In this document: positions 1-11,732 of the stretch, piece by piece
Layout: every line of letters begins with the position of its first letter
Numbering within the stretch: position 1 is the stretch's first letter
Assembly: GCA_013239625.1 (NCBI GenBank)
Contig: MU054001.1
Location: forward strand, 1,990,151-2,054,150
Length of the DNA stretch: 64,000 nt
Source of the DNA: Lama guanicoe
Taxonomy: Eukaryota
Direction: 5' to 3'
Made by a program: the position numbers and the translations under genes
Notes under the pieces: model-generated
Told to the model about the DNA's origin: nothing
The model's database searches: none
The model's input: only the letters and a program-made list of their open reading frames with translations

Positions 1-1172
1 TTTCCAAAATCTTTTTGCTTATTTGCAACCTTAAAGCTATATTAAGTGATAGATATTCATTAAATATCTTGATCACTTCTAAGTAAGATAAAATACTGAA
101 ACATTAAATACTGAACATAAATTTATGTACTTTTCACTTCTTATTTTTACATAAAGACTAATGATACTTGGACCTGTTAATAAACGTGTTCTTTTACCAA
201 ATAGTGAAGTTGTATTATGAAGAAGCATATGTCTCTGGAAATTGTGAGATGGTGTATTCATAATTTTTTCTTATCAACTATAGAATGCTGGTATATCACA
301 GACAGTTCACAGTTGTCTATTTCCTAGTTTTCTCTGAAAAGTAAAAGACCTGGTTTACACACTGACTATAGTCTACTTCTAAAAATGTAATTATAATTTG
401 GTTGTCTTTCTGATGGCAGAGGGAAGATAAATAGCTGTCTTCAAATATTTGAACTGGACCCATATGGAAATTCTGTAGGCTTAATCTGTATCATCCCTGA
501 AGTGGAAACCAGAAATAATGAGTGGAAATTACGTACAGGCAGATTGCAACTCAGTATAAATAACTTTGAATAGTTAAAGATATTCAGTAATGGAATGGTT
601 TGTTTTGAGAAATGATGAGTTTCCTGTTTTGGGGGTGTGTTTAAAAAGAGACTGGACAGTTCTTTGCCATGATTGTGTGGGACTGTTCAAGCACAGAGCA
701 GGGTTGGACTGGACTGGAAAAAGTATAGAGTGGTGGTTAAGGGCCTGCATTCAAAGTGTGGCTTGGCCACTGACCATTTATGTGGCCTTGGGGAGATTAT
801 TTATCCATTCTGATCCTCAGTTTTTTCATCTGCTAAATGTTATATAGTATTACAATTTGTATATGCTATATATACACATATAATAGAAAAATATATATGA
901 TACATATATAGATGTATTATATACATGTAATATAATATCAAGTTATTTTAAAGATTAAATGAGATGATGAGGAGTATATGGCATAGACTAGATAATAAAT
1001 CATAGTGGCTATCATGATAGCCATTATATCATTTATATATTTATATGTGTAGGTGAATATTCATCAGGATACATTCCCAGATATGTTGATAGCTGGCTAT
1101 GAGAAAAAGGGTTCGGTGGTCAAGTAAGTTTGGTGTGAAATAAAATTCATATTTTGTTGCAAGACAAGGAAA

Positions 1173-1320
1173 GTTTGTTTGTTTGTTTGTTTATTTATTG
1201 TGGGGGGGTAGTTAGGTTTATTTATTTATTTGGTTTTTCATTGGAGGTACTGGGGATTGAACCCAGGGCCTCGTGCATGCTAAGCATATGCTCTACAACT
1301 TGAACTATACCCTTCCCCCT
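1173..1320 (-). mobile_element. tRNA-derived SINE (camelid Vic-1-like)
   Basis: Reverse-strand tRNA-like head (ggaggtactggggattgaacccagg...ctctac...ctataccc, with B-box GGTTCAATCC on the minus strand) and a (TTTG/TTTA)n tail; same family as other copies in the window. Confidence 0.85.
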
Positions 1321-1329
1321 CCCACTTCT

Positions 1330-2057
1330 TTAAAAAAATTTTTTTAAATTGAAGTATAGTCAGTTACAATGTATCAATTTCTGGTGTACAGCACAATGTC
1401 CCAGTCATGCAGATGCATACATATATTTGTTTTCATATTCTTTTTCATTACAGGTCATTATAAGATACTGAATATAATTCCCTGTGCTATACAGAAGAAA
1501 CTTTTTTAAAAATCTATTTTTATATATAGTAGCTAACATTTGCAAATCTCATACTCCCAAATGTATCCTTTCCCATCCCCTTTCCTTGGTAACCATAAGA
1601 TTGTTTACTATGTCTGTGAGTCTGTTTCTGTTTTGTAGATGAGTTCATAGTGTCCTTTTTTTTCTTTTATGAGTGATATCATATGGTATTTTTCTTTCTC
1701 TTTCTGGCTTACTTCACTTAGAATGACAATCTCTAGGTCCGTATATATTGCTGCAAATGGCATTATTTTATTGCTTTTTTATGGCTGAATAGTATTCCAT
1801 CGTATAAATACAACACAACTTCTTTATCCAGTCATCTGTTGATGGACTATCAGATTGCTTCCATGTCTTGGCTATTGTATATAGTGCTGCTATGAACATT
1901 GGCATGCATATAACTTTCCAATTAGAATTCCCTCTGGATATATACCCAGAAGTAGGATTGCTGGATCATATTGTAAGTCTATTATTAGTTTTCTGAGGAA
2001 TCTCCATACTGTTTTCTGTAATGGCTATACCAAAGTACATTCCCACCAGCAGTGTAG
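1330..2057 (-). mobile_element. L1 3' end fragment (ORF2 end plus 3'UTR), older subfamily
   Basis: Typical antisense L1 text (tttctctttctggcttacttcacttagaatgac...gctgcaaatggcattatt...cccaccagcagtgtagg); diverged paralogue of the L1 at 2281-3416. Confidence 0.9.
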
Positions 2058-2280
2058 GCCCTCTAGGCCCCCACCCACTTCTAATTCACCACTAAGCCCA
2101 GTTTTTCTCTCTGTCTATCTCGTTGACTCCATATTCTTTATTCCACTTCTGCCACTATCACCTTGACCAAGTTTCCATTCTCTCTCACCTGGGCTATATT
2201 AACAGCCTTTGAATGAGTCTCTGATGCAGCTATGGCTCAGCTGCAACCCATCTTCCTCCTACAACCAGTGGGATATTTTC

Positions 2281-3416
2281 TTTTTTTTTTTTTTAACACT
2301 TTTTTATTGATTTGTAATCATTTTACAATGTTGTGTCAAATTCCAGTGTTCAGCACAATTTTTCAGTCATACATGGACATATACACACTCATTGTCACAT
2401 TTTATTTTCTGTGAGCTACCATAACATTTTGTGTATATTTCCCTCTGCTATACAGTATAATCTTGATTATCTATTCTACAATTTTGAAATCCCAGTCTAT
2501 CCCTTCCCACCCTCCGCCCCCCTGGCAACCACGAGTCTGTATTCTCTGTCTATGAGTCTATTTCTGTCCTGTATTTATGCTTTGTTTTTGTTTGTTTGTT
2601 TTTGTTTTTGTTTTTGTTTTTTAGATTCCACATATGAGCGATCTCATATGGTATTTTTCTTTCTCTTTCTGGCTTACTTCACTTAGAATGACATTCTCCA
2701 GGAGCATCCACGTTGCTGCAAATGGCATTATGTTGTCGGTTTTTATGGCTGAGTAGTATTCCATTGTATAAATATACCACCTCTTCTTTATCCAGTCACC
2801 TGTTGATGGACATTTAGGCTGTTTCCATGTTTTGGCTATTGTAAATAGTGCTGCTATGAACATTGGGGTGCAGGTGTCATCCTGAAGTAGATTTCCTTCT
2901 GGATACAAGCCCAGGAGTGGGATTCCTGGGTCATATGGTAAGTCTATTCCTAGTCTTTTGAGGAATCTCCACACTGTTTTCCATAGTGGCTGCACCAAAC
3001 TGCATTCCCACCAGCAGTGTAAGAAGGTTCCCCTTTCTCCACAGCCTCTCCAGCATTTGTCATTTGTGGATTTTTGAATGACGGCCATTCTGACTGGTGT
3101 GAGGTGATACCTCATTGTAGTTTTGATTTGCATTTCTCTGATAATTAGTGATATTGAGCATTTTTCCATGTGCCTTTTGATCATTTGTATGTCTTCCTTG
3201 GAGAATTGCTTGTTTAGGACTTCTGCCCACTTTTGGATTGGGTTGTATATTTTTTTCTTATTGAATCATATGAGCTGCTTATATATTCTGGAGATCAAGC
3301 CTTTGTCAGTTTCATTTGCAAAAATTTTCTCCCATTTCATAGGTTGTCTTCTTGTTTTACTTATGGTTTCCTTTGCTGTGCAGAAGCTTGTAAGTTTCAT
3401 TAGGTCCCATTTGTTT
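2281..3416 (-). mobile_element. Young 5'-truncated L1 with poly(A) tail and 15-bp TSD
   Basis: TSD cagtgggatattttc at 2266-2280 and 3417-3431; T tract from 2281; ORF 2621-3184 encodes the L1 ORF2p C-terminus. Confidence 0.95.
2621..3184 (-). pseudogene. L1 ORF2p C-terminal fragment (Cys-rich domain)
   Basis: Translation ...[17 protein letters not shown]...[26 protein letters not shown]...[22 protein letters not shown] is the canonical ORF2p CCHC end; EN and RT domains absent. Confidence 0.95.
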
Positions 3417-3431
3417 CAGTGGGATATTTTC

Positions 3432-3955
3432 AAAACACACATATAATAACTTACCACCTGATGCCAACAAAACAAAACAAAGAAGCTCTATTCCACGGTT
3501 TTACTAAAGATCAAAATTCTTATGTGGTCTGCAAACCCATATAAAGACAGTCCTTCAGTTATCCCTCCAGCCTCACATTCTTACTTTTTACATGCTAGCT
3601 ACACAGAACAACTTTTCACCTTAAATGCATCCCATTCCCTTTTGAGATATTGCATTTGCTACTCCTTGGCCTTTTTGGCATCGTGGCTCTGACCCTTCCA
3701 TCATATTTCAGTCTATTCTCACTTCCCCAGGGAAGCCTTCCTTAACGTCTCTGCCAAGTCAATTCTCCGTGAACCTGTTCTTTGCAGCACTATCACAGCT
3801 GTCATTTCACATTCATTTATGAGATCTGTTGTCAGTCTTCCCCAGCTCAGTCTCCGTGAGAGCAAAAAGTGTTTTCTACCAACCCATTACCGACCCATCT
3901 AAAAGGGGGCCTACCCTGTGGTAGCACTCAGTAAAAACTTGATAGATACATGGGT
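3432..3955 (+). mobile_element. L2 3' fragment (continues the L2 piece at ~2060-2265 interrupted by the L1)
   Basis: L2-like text cttccccagggaagccttccttaac...tagcactcagtaaaaacttgatag. Confidence 0.55.
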
Positions 3956-4124
3956 AGACTTTTGAAATACTTTGAATTGAGGTTTAATATGGAAAAGGGA
4001 ACATAGCATGTGTGTCCAGTGAATTTCTACGAAGTGATGAATAGACTTGTAGGAAGTTTCTTTTCAGGGTTTGGATTCTTAAACTTAGCTGAAGAGAAAT
4101 AGTAAAGATAGCTATAGGAAGTGA

Positions 4125-4139
4125 GCACTAGAGGGCAAC
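4125..4139 (+). promoter_or_regulatory. Possible CTCF motif
   Basis: GCACTAGAGGGCAAC resembles the core CCASYAGRKGGCRS with mismatches. Confidence 0.35.
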
Positions 4140-4405
4140 AGAAGCAAAGTAATGAAGAGCCAGTTCCGCCAGGCTCCGGTCCAGGAAAACAGTGGATGCC
4201 CTGCAGTTTCTCAAAAGTGCAAAGGATTCTGGGAAACACCTTTGAGGTGCTCAGCAAGCAGAGAAATGCCTTATTATTGCTGTTGCCTAACTGTGCTGGT
4301 TAGTACCCTTTAGATACGAGGACAATATGTGTGGGTAATCTAAGGAATATCCAGAGATGTGAAGGAGACAGAAATCTGCCCCAGCAGTCACATAAAGAGT
4401 GTCCC

Positions 4406-4580
4406 GGTGGGAGGGTATAGCTCGGGTAGTAGAGTGCATGCTTAGCATACACGAGGTCATGGGTTCAATCCCCAGCACTTCCTCTAAAAATAAACAATAA
4501 AACCTAGTTACCGCCCCCCTGCAAAAGATAAATAACAATAACAATTAATTTTTAAAAATAAAGGTTATTAAAAAAAAAAG
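4406..4580 (+). mobile_element. tRNA-derived SINE (Vic-1-like)
   Basis: gggagggtatagctcgggtagtagagtgcatgcttagc...gggttcaatccccagcac followed by an A-rich tail; A and B boxes visible. Confidence 0.9.
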
Positions 4581-5194
4581 AGGATATCAAAGAACTAGAA
4601 TGAGCTGCAGTAATGACCTGGCCATATTGTCACCCCTTAAGAGTGTACATCTGCTACTCCCTACTCTTGAGATGCTGTTGTACTTAACGACTCTTCTGTC
4701 TCTGTTTCTGTTTCAATGACTCGCCCCCTATATTTGACTTCCAACTGCCTCCTCTTCACTTTTGCTGCCTTTCTCCAGCCTTCCACCCCTAAATACCTTA
4801 TACCAAAGTCTGTTTTGAGCTGCTATTAGTGATCAGGTAGTGGTCAAGTAATTATCCACCATCCATCTGGTTGTAATTGGACTTATGTCCAGCCTGCTAT
4901 ACTCAGCAGTGTAGACAGGGTAGAAGGGCATATAACACTAACTACCACAACTTTTTGGAAGGAATCCCCTGTGGCTTCTTTCCTTAGGGGGATGACAAGC
5001 ACTGATTTGTTCTCCAAAACACTTGAAAATGAATTAAAAGCGCTACCAACCCATTACCGACCCAGCTAAGAAGCCTCAGGCTACATTTCCTTGAATCATT
5101 ATTCTTATTGGTTACTGAGTATACACCACCCTCCATTCATTCTGGCCTAAAGGACTTTGAGACTCAGACATTTTTGTTTGTCTAGATTAGGCCG

Positions 5195-5385
5195 ATTGCA
5201 AACTGTGTGCCCTTAGGCTAGTCACTTAACCTCTCTGAGCCACGGTTTCCTTATCTGTAGGATGTGGGTGGTCATTACCTTCCTTGGTTAACCGTTAAGA
5301 TCAACATTGTAAACTGACTATAACTCAATAAAATAAAACTAAAAAAAAAAAAAGATTAAGGTGAGAGCTCTTTGCAAGCTGTAGG
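5195..5385 (+). mobile_element. MIR core interrupted by a ~50-bp L1 3' tip (~5302-5353)
   Basis: MIR core ccttaggctagtcacttaacctctctgagcc...tttccttatctgta; L1 tip caacattgtaaactgactataactcaataaaa plus poly(A). Confidence 0.7.
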
Positions 5386-5394
5386 CCACTGGAT

Positions 5395-5570
5395 CAGTGG
5401 CTCTCAACCTCAGCAGTCCATCAGAACCACTGTGGTACTTGAAAAACATACAGATGTCCAGTCCCTACCTCTGGAAATGCTGACTTGCTAGGTCTGGTTT
5501 GATGCTTGAGTGGCATGATTAAAATACCCCGTAAGTGATTCCACTGCTTATGCTGAGTTAAGATTCTCTG
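5395..5570. mobile_element. MER5-like hAT-Charlie DNA transposon
   Basis: cagtggctctcaacc...catcagaaccac...gtgattcc...agattctctg matches the MER5A pattern. Confidence 0.65.
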
Positions 5571-6349
5571 CACTTCACCCAAGATAGACGGTACTTCTGT
5601 CATCCAGTACAACCCAAGAGCCCAAGGTTGTTACTCCTTCCCACTTAGCTATCCCCTGGTCATCATTCTTGGCAGAAATTAGCTTGCATTAAAGTACTCA
5701 GTTGCCTCAGGGATCCTGCTCTAGAGCATATGACAAAGGTACACTCTCTGAGGCTAATGACCCTGGTCAGGGCAAAAGTCATGGGCAGGGCGTGTCAATG
5801 AGAGAAGGCGTGTACACACCTGAGAGCAGACGTTTACATCTCGGGGGAGTTGAGGTCCAAGTTCAGGGCATACCTGTGGAGGGAACAGTAACTCTAGGGA
5901 AAGTCAAGCCAAATGAAGGTGAGTTCAGGCCCTTCTTCTTTTGGGAAGGAGGAGTTTCAACATCCCCAAACCCCACCAACGTGTCCTTTCTAATGAGCTG
6001 GCTCAGAAAAACCCTATTTCCTCCCGTGAAAACGCAGATTAAACAAAAATCAATTCCAATTTAAATGCATTCCAACCTTTTCATATTATAGTTGTAGAGC
6101 TAATTGCTCTGAATTGTCATAGGCTGTAGGGCAGAAAGGCATCATTAAAGTGCTAAGATTCTTCCTATGAAATGGATTCGTCCCAGAGAGAGAGGGCCAC
6201 TGATGAGTTCTGCTTAAGTAGGTTGTTTTGGAGGTAGATTAAAAAAAAAAATCTTTGGAGAAAACTCTCAAATTTGCAATAGGTGACACTTTGATGGAGC
6301 TTGTGTTCTTAACAAACAGTGATTGCAGGGGTCAGTGCTTTGGAGTTTT

Positions 6350-6975
6350 CATTGATCCATCCCTTCATTCATTCTTCTTTCATTAACTCCTTTTTTTATT
6401 TGACAGATATTCTGTGCTTACCATATGCCAGACTTTGTGGTGACCCTGGAGATCTGGTGGTGAGCAAAAGGAGACGTAATTTTATTCTTCATGATGTTTA
6501 TAGCCTAGTAGGGATGCTAATCAAATAAATAAATGTGAAATTCCAACTGTGAAAAATGCATTTGAACCAAAAATGAGTTTGACTGTGGGATATCAGGGCA
6601 GCTTGCTCTGAGAAAATCTTGGTGTGTGTTGAGATCTCCAGATCTCAGGGATGACTAGGTGTTGACCATGCTGAGGGGTTAGCATGTGCAAAGGCCCTAT
6701 GGTGTAAGGACTTTTGACTACTAAGAGAAGAAAGTCAGTGTTCCTGGAGCTCAGAGAGAGACAGGCATCAGTGTGAGATGAGATTGGAGAGAGAATGAGA
6801 GGCCACACTATGCTGGACATTAGGCCACAGTTATACTGTTGGTCTTTATCTTGAGAGTAATAAGAACCCTCTGACATGGATTTAATCAGTGTGGCGTGCA
6901 ATGGAGGAGGATGTGAGTAATACTATGGACACAAGAAGTGAGACCAGTTAGGAGTTTATCACTGTCCACGGGCAG
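6350..6975 (-). mobile_element. L2 3' fragment
   Basis: Begins with (ttca)n, then ccatatgccagactttgtg and gcaaaggccctatggtg, typical antisense L2. Confidence 0.7.
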
Positions 6976-8068
6976 GAGATAGGAACTTCAAGGGAGGCTG
7001 GACCAATCCCCTCCTGAGAGCGGACTGGACACTTCTCCAAAGGCCAGGCACGTTGGCAGTTAGTTCCTCCAGGGGCTGGGCTGCATACCCTAAACAACGT
7101 CTCCGCCTTGCCTCAGCTTTCTTCACAGCATCTTAGGGACTGCACAGCAAGGCTTCCCCAGCTCCTCCCTTCTCAAAGAGGAATGGGAAGAGAATGCGCT
7201 GTCAGCAATTTTATTTGCTTTGTGCTTTTAGAATTTATTTGAAGGTCCTGAAGACCTCCTGGTGGATATGAGCCAAAGCATTTGAGTAACAGTCCGGAAC
7301 TCGTGAGACGAGCCCAAATAAGACAGAGTTGCTTTTTTTCTCTTTTTTCCAAATCTGTGTGCTTATTAAAAATCATCTACTAAGAGATATTAGATGAAAA
7401 ATTAGGAACATGATGTGATTGGCTGTATTTTAATCTACATTAGTCTCTTTTGTTTACATCTTAAAAAAAATCTTTACTGAGCTGTAATTCACATGCCATA
7501 AAGTTCACTCCTTTAAAATGTTCCATTCAGTGCTTTTCAGTATGTTCATAGAGTTGTGCGAATATGTTTAAAAAGTGCCATTTTTCCTTTCATCTAAAAT
7601 TCTTGTTAATTTATAGGCAAGCTTTCTATTATAGAAAGTTTCAAACTTATATATAAATTAAGAGACTAGAAGATGAAGTTCCGGGTACTTAATACCCAGC
7701 TTCAGCAGTTTTGAACCCAAGCCAGTCTCATTTTCTATACCCTCCTTCTCCACTGGGTGACTTTGAAGCCAGTCTCAGATGTTAATTTCAGCTGCAAATA
7801 TCACACTATGACTCTTCTGTTTAAGAAAATTAACAGAATATTACTATCAGCCAAAAAATATTAACAATAATTCATTAATATCATCAAATATCCAGTGAAA
7901 TTTCCCTGAGTCCTCTTTCTCGCTTTTCCTTCCTTGTTTCCTTCCTTCCATCCTCTCTTCCTCCCTTCTTTCTTTTCTTTAAACAAATGGTTTGTTTAAA
8001 TTAGAATCCAAGCAAATCTCGTATATGGTTGATATATGGCCTGTGGTTGATATACCTGTCTCTTTTTT

Positions 8069-8786
8069 TTTTTTTTGAGTAAAGGTAGGTTTATTCAGAG
8101 AGATACATTGAAAGGCAAGAGAAAGGCCTCGAGGTGTGGGGGCTGGGTGCTCAGATTAAAAGTAGGTACACATTACATAGACAGACTGCGGGCCATCTCT
8201 GAATGGAGAGAGAGGGAGAGGGGCAGCCGCTAGGCGCCTGTTGGCAGTTTTTATGGGCTTGGTAGCTTCATATGCTAATAAGTGGAAGGACCAGTCAAAG
8301 TAGCCTGAGGAAGGTGCTGGGATTCCCAGGAAGTTGGCCATTTCCCACTCTTTGAGCTTTTGTGGCTAGCCTTGGGACTGCCATGGTGCCTGTGGGTGTG
8401 TTATTCACCATGTTAATATATTACAATGAGCATATAATGAAGCTCAAGATCTGCTAGAAGTTAAAGCTCCCATCATCTTGAGCCTCAAGGCCTAATGGGA
8501 GTTGAATCTATCACCATTTTGATGTTAATTGCTGTAGCATTCCTTGAATGGCTGTGCCCTGCCCCCTTCCTGTCTGATTCCTCACTCAGAGATTTTACTC
8601 CCATAATCTTATGGGGTTGCAGAGGGGCGAAGGTCCGTCTTCTGAAACTGCTTCCAGGCTGAGTAGGGGCATTGACCCTGCCTATCAGGGAGTGAAAATC
8701 TCTGAATGTTTAATCTAGCAGCCCCAGGGGCAGGACAGCCTTTTGTGTTTGTATCCAAGGGCTGAGGGTATGGGCTAGAATCCTCT
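8069..8786 (-). mobile_element. Retroposed (L1-mediated) 3' end of an ERV1 transcript: internal 3' remnant plus U3-R plus poly(A)
   Basis: Minus strand reads LTR-like U3, then ctgAATAAAcctacctttactc, then A14; no U5; flanked by TSD tgtctctttttt (8057-8068 and 8787-8798). Confidence 0.75.
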
Positions 8787-8812
8787 TGTCTCTTTTTTCT
8801 TTGCAATTTATT

Positions 8813-8943
8813 AAAAAAAAATTATTTTAGGGGGGGAGGTAATTAGGTTCATTTATTTATTTTAATGGAGGTACTGGGAATTGAAGCCAGGCCCTCGTGA
8901 ATGCTAAGTGCACACTCTACCTCTGAGCTATAGCCTTCTCCCC
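8813..8943 (-). mobile_element. tRNA-derived SINE (Vic-1-like) with 11-bp TSD
   Basis: TSD tgcaatttatt at 8802-8812 and 8944-8954. Confidence 0.9.
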
Positions 8944-9064
8944 TGCAATTTATTTGTTGAAGAAATTGAGTTATTTGCTCTACCGAATTTCCCTGAAGTG
9001 TTTATTTATTTATTTATTTAAAATGTTTATTTTTAATAGCAGGCCAAAGTAGAAGGGGGGATGG

Positions 9065-9250
9065 ATTTTGAAGCATGGACTTTGGAGAGTCATGTGTATC
9101 TGGGTTCACATCCTGGCTCTGTCCCTTACTTGCTGTGTGGCCTTGGGGAAACAACTCAACTGCCTCAGCAGGCAACGAAGGGACATTATGTGGAAGACTA
9201 AGTCAGATAATGCGTGGAAGTGCGTGGCACACAGTAGGGGCTCAATAAAC
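9065..9250 (+). mobile_element. MIR
   Basis: ggactttggagagtc...tgggttcacatcctggctctgtcccttacttgctgtgtggccttggg...ggcacacagtaggggctcaataaa. Confidence 0.75.
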
Positions 9251-9945
9251 CCTCCTCCTCTTCTTTTTATTTATTTTTATAATTTTTAAAATAATTTATT
9301 TTATTTATATTTAATACATTATACTAGATAATGATATTATTTTTATAGTATTAAATAACATGTATTATATAATACAATTATGTATGCATAGTATGTGATT
9401 TATATATAACTATGAAATATATTTTAAATTTTTAAAATTTATTTTTGTCATCATTTTTATTTTCAAGTGAAGACAGAAGTCATTGATCCTCAGCCCTGGC
9501 TGTTCTTGACTTGAGAAATTGATGGACAGTTACTCTTTGAGAGTTTAAAGGAGGGCTGGAGGCCTGGGGAGAATTATACTTGGGACTATAGCAGAAACAG
9601 AGCCCTCTGCAGAGCTGAGAGGACTTCTCCGTTACTGCTCACCTCCACACCACCTTTGACCATCCTCCTGGCCTTGCTGTTATGCCCACGGTCATTAGGT
9701 AGTCGACACTTTTCTGAGACATGGGAAGGCAGGTGATAAAGTAAACCATGCTGCAGTATGAGCCATCCAAATCTTGTCCCTTCAGGGAATATTAAAAAAG
9801 GAACTTGGAAGAGGGTAATATTTAATCTAGATAAAAACATCTGGGACTGAAGGGGCATATTCAGGCACTATGAGACTCAGAGGGAGGGACATATTTTTGT
9901 GTACAGGGCACTCAAATACTACCAAAAAGGTGATCTTTGCTCTAT

Positions 9946-9988
9946 TCATCCATCCATCCGTCCATCCATCCATCCATCCATCCATTCA
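9946..9988. repeat. (ATCC)n microsatellite
   Basis: Direct reading. Confidence 0.9.
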
Positions 9989-11538
9989 TCAGTGAGCATT
10001 CATCTCCTGTGTGGATACACAAAGCCTCTGGTATCTGTTTCAAATTGAGTCTAATGCCCACGTGGTCTCTTGACTCTGCTCCACACCTGTTTACAAAGAA
10101 TCTCCAGCTTGAAGATGAATTCAGTTGCCTCTGGTGACAGAGACTTGACCGTGATTCCTCAACAGAATCTAGCCCCAGACTCTGTGATTTTTCCCATCCT
10201 GTGTTCAGAATATAGCTTCCTTTCATGGCTGCTTAATTATTATGGCCCAGAAGACCATAATACTAAATTAAAGTGAAACGTAATTGCTCTGCTGGTTTTC
10301 ACATCTGCCAGAATTCAGCTGATAACAACAGGATTCCATGTGCATCTCCAAGTAAGAATTTGCTGTTAGTGACGGGAGGAAGAAAGAGAAAAAACTTTCC
10401 TTTCCACATTTGCCCTGCAGCCAGGCTGACACAACAAAAATGGAACACAATCAGTACAGGCATAAAATTCTATGACAAAAGGAAACTTGTGAAATAGAAA
10501 AATGGATTTCTTGGGGGGGAAACATAACTTTCTCTGAGAACACTGCATTTAGAAAAAGAATTTCGTAGTCTGAGGATATTAAGATCATTAAAAGTTGCAG
10601 ATTTTTTTGGGGGGTGTGGGGTGTGGGCATGGAGTCTCTTAATAACCTACTTCCCAACATTCTCCTTCAAATCTATATTAAAGTTAATCATCAATTGAAG
10701 GCCAGAAATGATATTGGAAAATCATTCTTTTACAAACGGAAACTATTATAATTTAAAAGGGTGCAAATGAAACCACACATTTTCAGAAGGAGATCAATGA
10801 AAAGCACTTTATTAGAAAATATAAATCACTTTTTAATTTCAGATACAACAAGAAAAGAACTCATTTTTTCCAGTTTCATTGAAATTGATTGGTACACCTG
10901 CAGAGAAAAGCAGCTTTATCATCTCGTTATCAGCCAATTAATACGCAACTATAAATGTGAATACTATTCCAGTTAACTAGAAATGGATGATTTTATTGAA
11001 GTCTTAATAGGCTGGGAAAAGCTGCCTTCCACCCTGTTAAATGAGGTCAGCTGAGAGAAAAAAAAATCAGAAGTGCATTACTTGGTATGAGTGGAACCTA
11101 AAACAATTTCTCTCACTCTTTGGACCACAGAGAAATGGAAGCAAAGTGACACATCCGAAAGCAGAGGGACCTGTTCTAAGGAAGAAAAATCAGAATATTG
11201 AGTTTTCTTTTAATTGGAAAAGAGAACAATTTGGGTTTGGTTCTGAAGTCTGACACTCTACTATTCAAAACTTGCCAGTTCTTAGTTCTTAGCCTCGTCT
11301 CCATTTTAATCTCAGGGCCAGCAGAACTGTAAAAAGAGATGAAGTCTATTTACCAGTCTCCCATTTTTTCCCTTTTCATGCTCATTTTCTGCCTTGAAAT
11401 GTTCTCTCTAACACACTAGCATCCTCAAGTTTTCTGTACCCCTTCCCCTACCAAAACAGCTAAGTGACCTTGGGATAAATTAATTCACACTGAGTATTAC
11501 TATCACCTGTGATATTTTAAAGGCATGTAATCTAAAGT

Positions 11539-11732
11539 AGAGGTCAATAAACTTCTTCTGTGAAGTGCCAGACAGTAACTGTTTTCTGCCTCACAGGCCA
11601 TAGGATCTCTGTGGCCAGTATTCAATTCTGCCATTAGAACGCAGCCATAGGCAATAAACAAATGGTATGGCTGTGTTCTAATAAAACTTTATTTACAAAG
11701 CAGGCTGTGGGCTGTAGTTTGGCAATCCCTCT
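11539..11732. mobile_element. MER58A-like hAT-Charlie DNA transposon
   Basis: aaacttcttctgtgaag...atggctgtgttctaataaaactttatttacaaa...gtagtttggcaatccct; near-8-bp TSD tctaaagt/tctaaagc. Confidence 0.8.

Noticed and set aside
2621..3184. 187-aa ORF as a host gene
   Set aside because: It is the C-terminus of L1 ORF2p in a 5'-truncated insertion.
4406..4480. tRNA gene
   Set aside because: The tRNA-like head is followed by a SINE body and A-rich tail and recurs many times in the window; it is a SINE.
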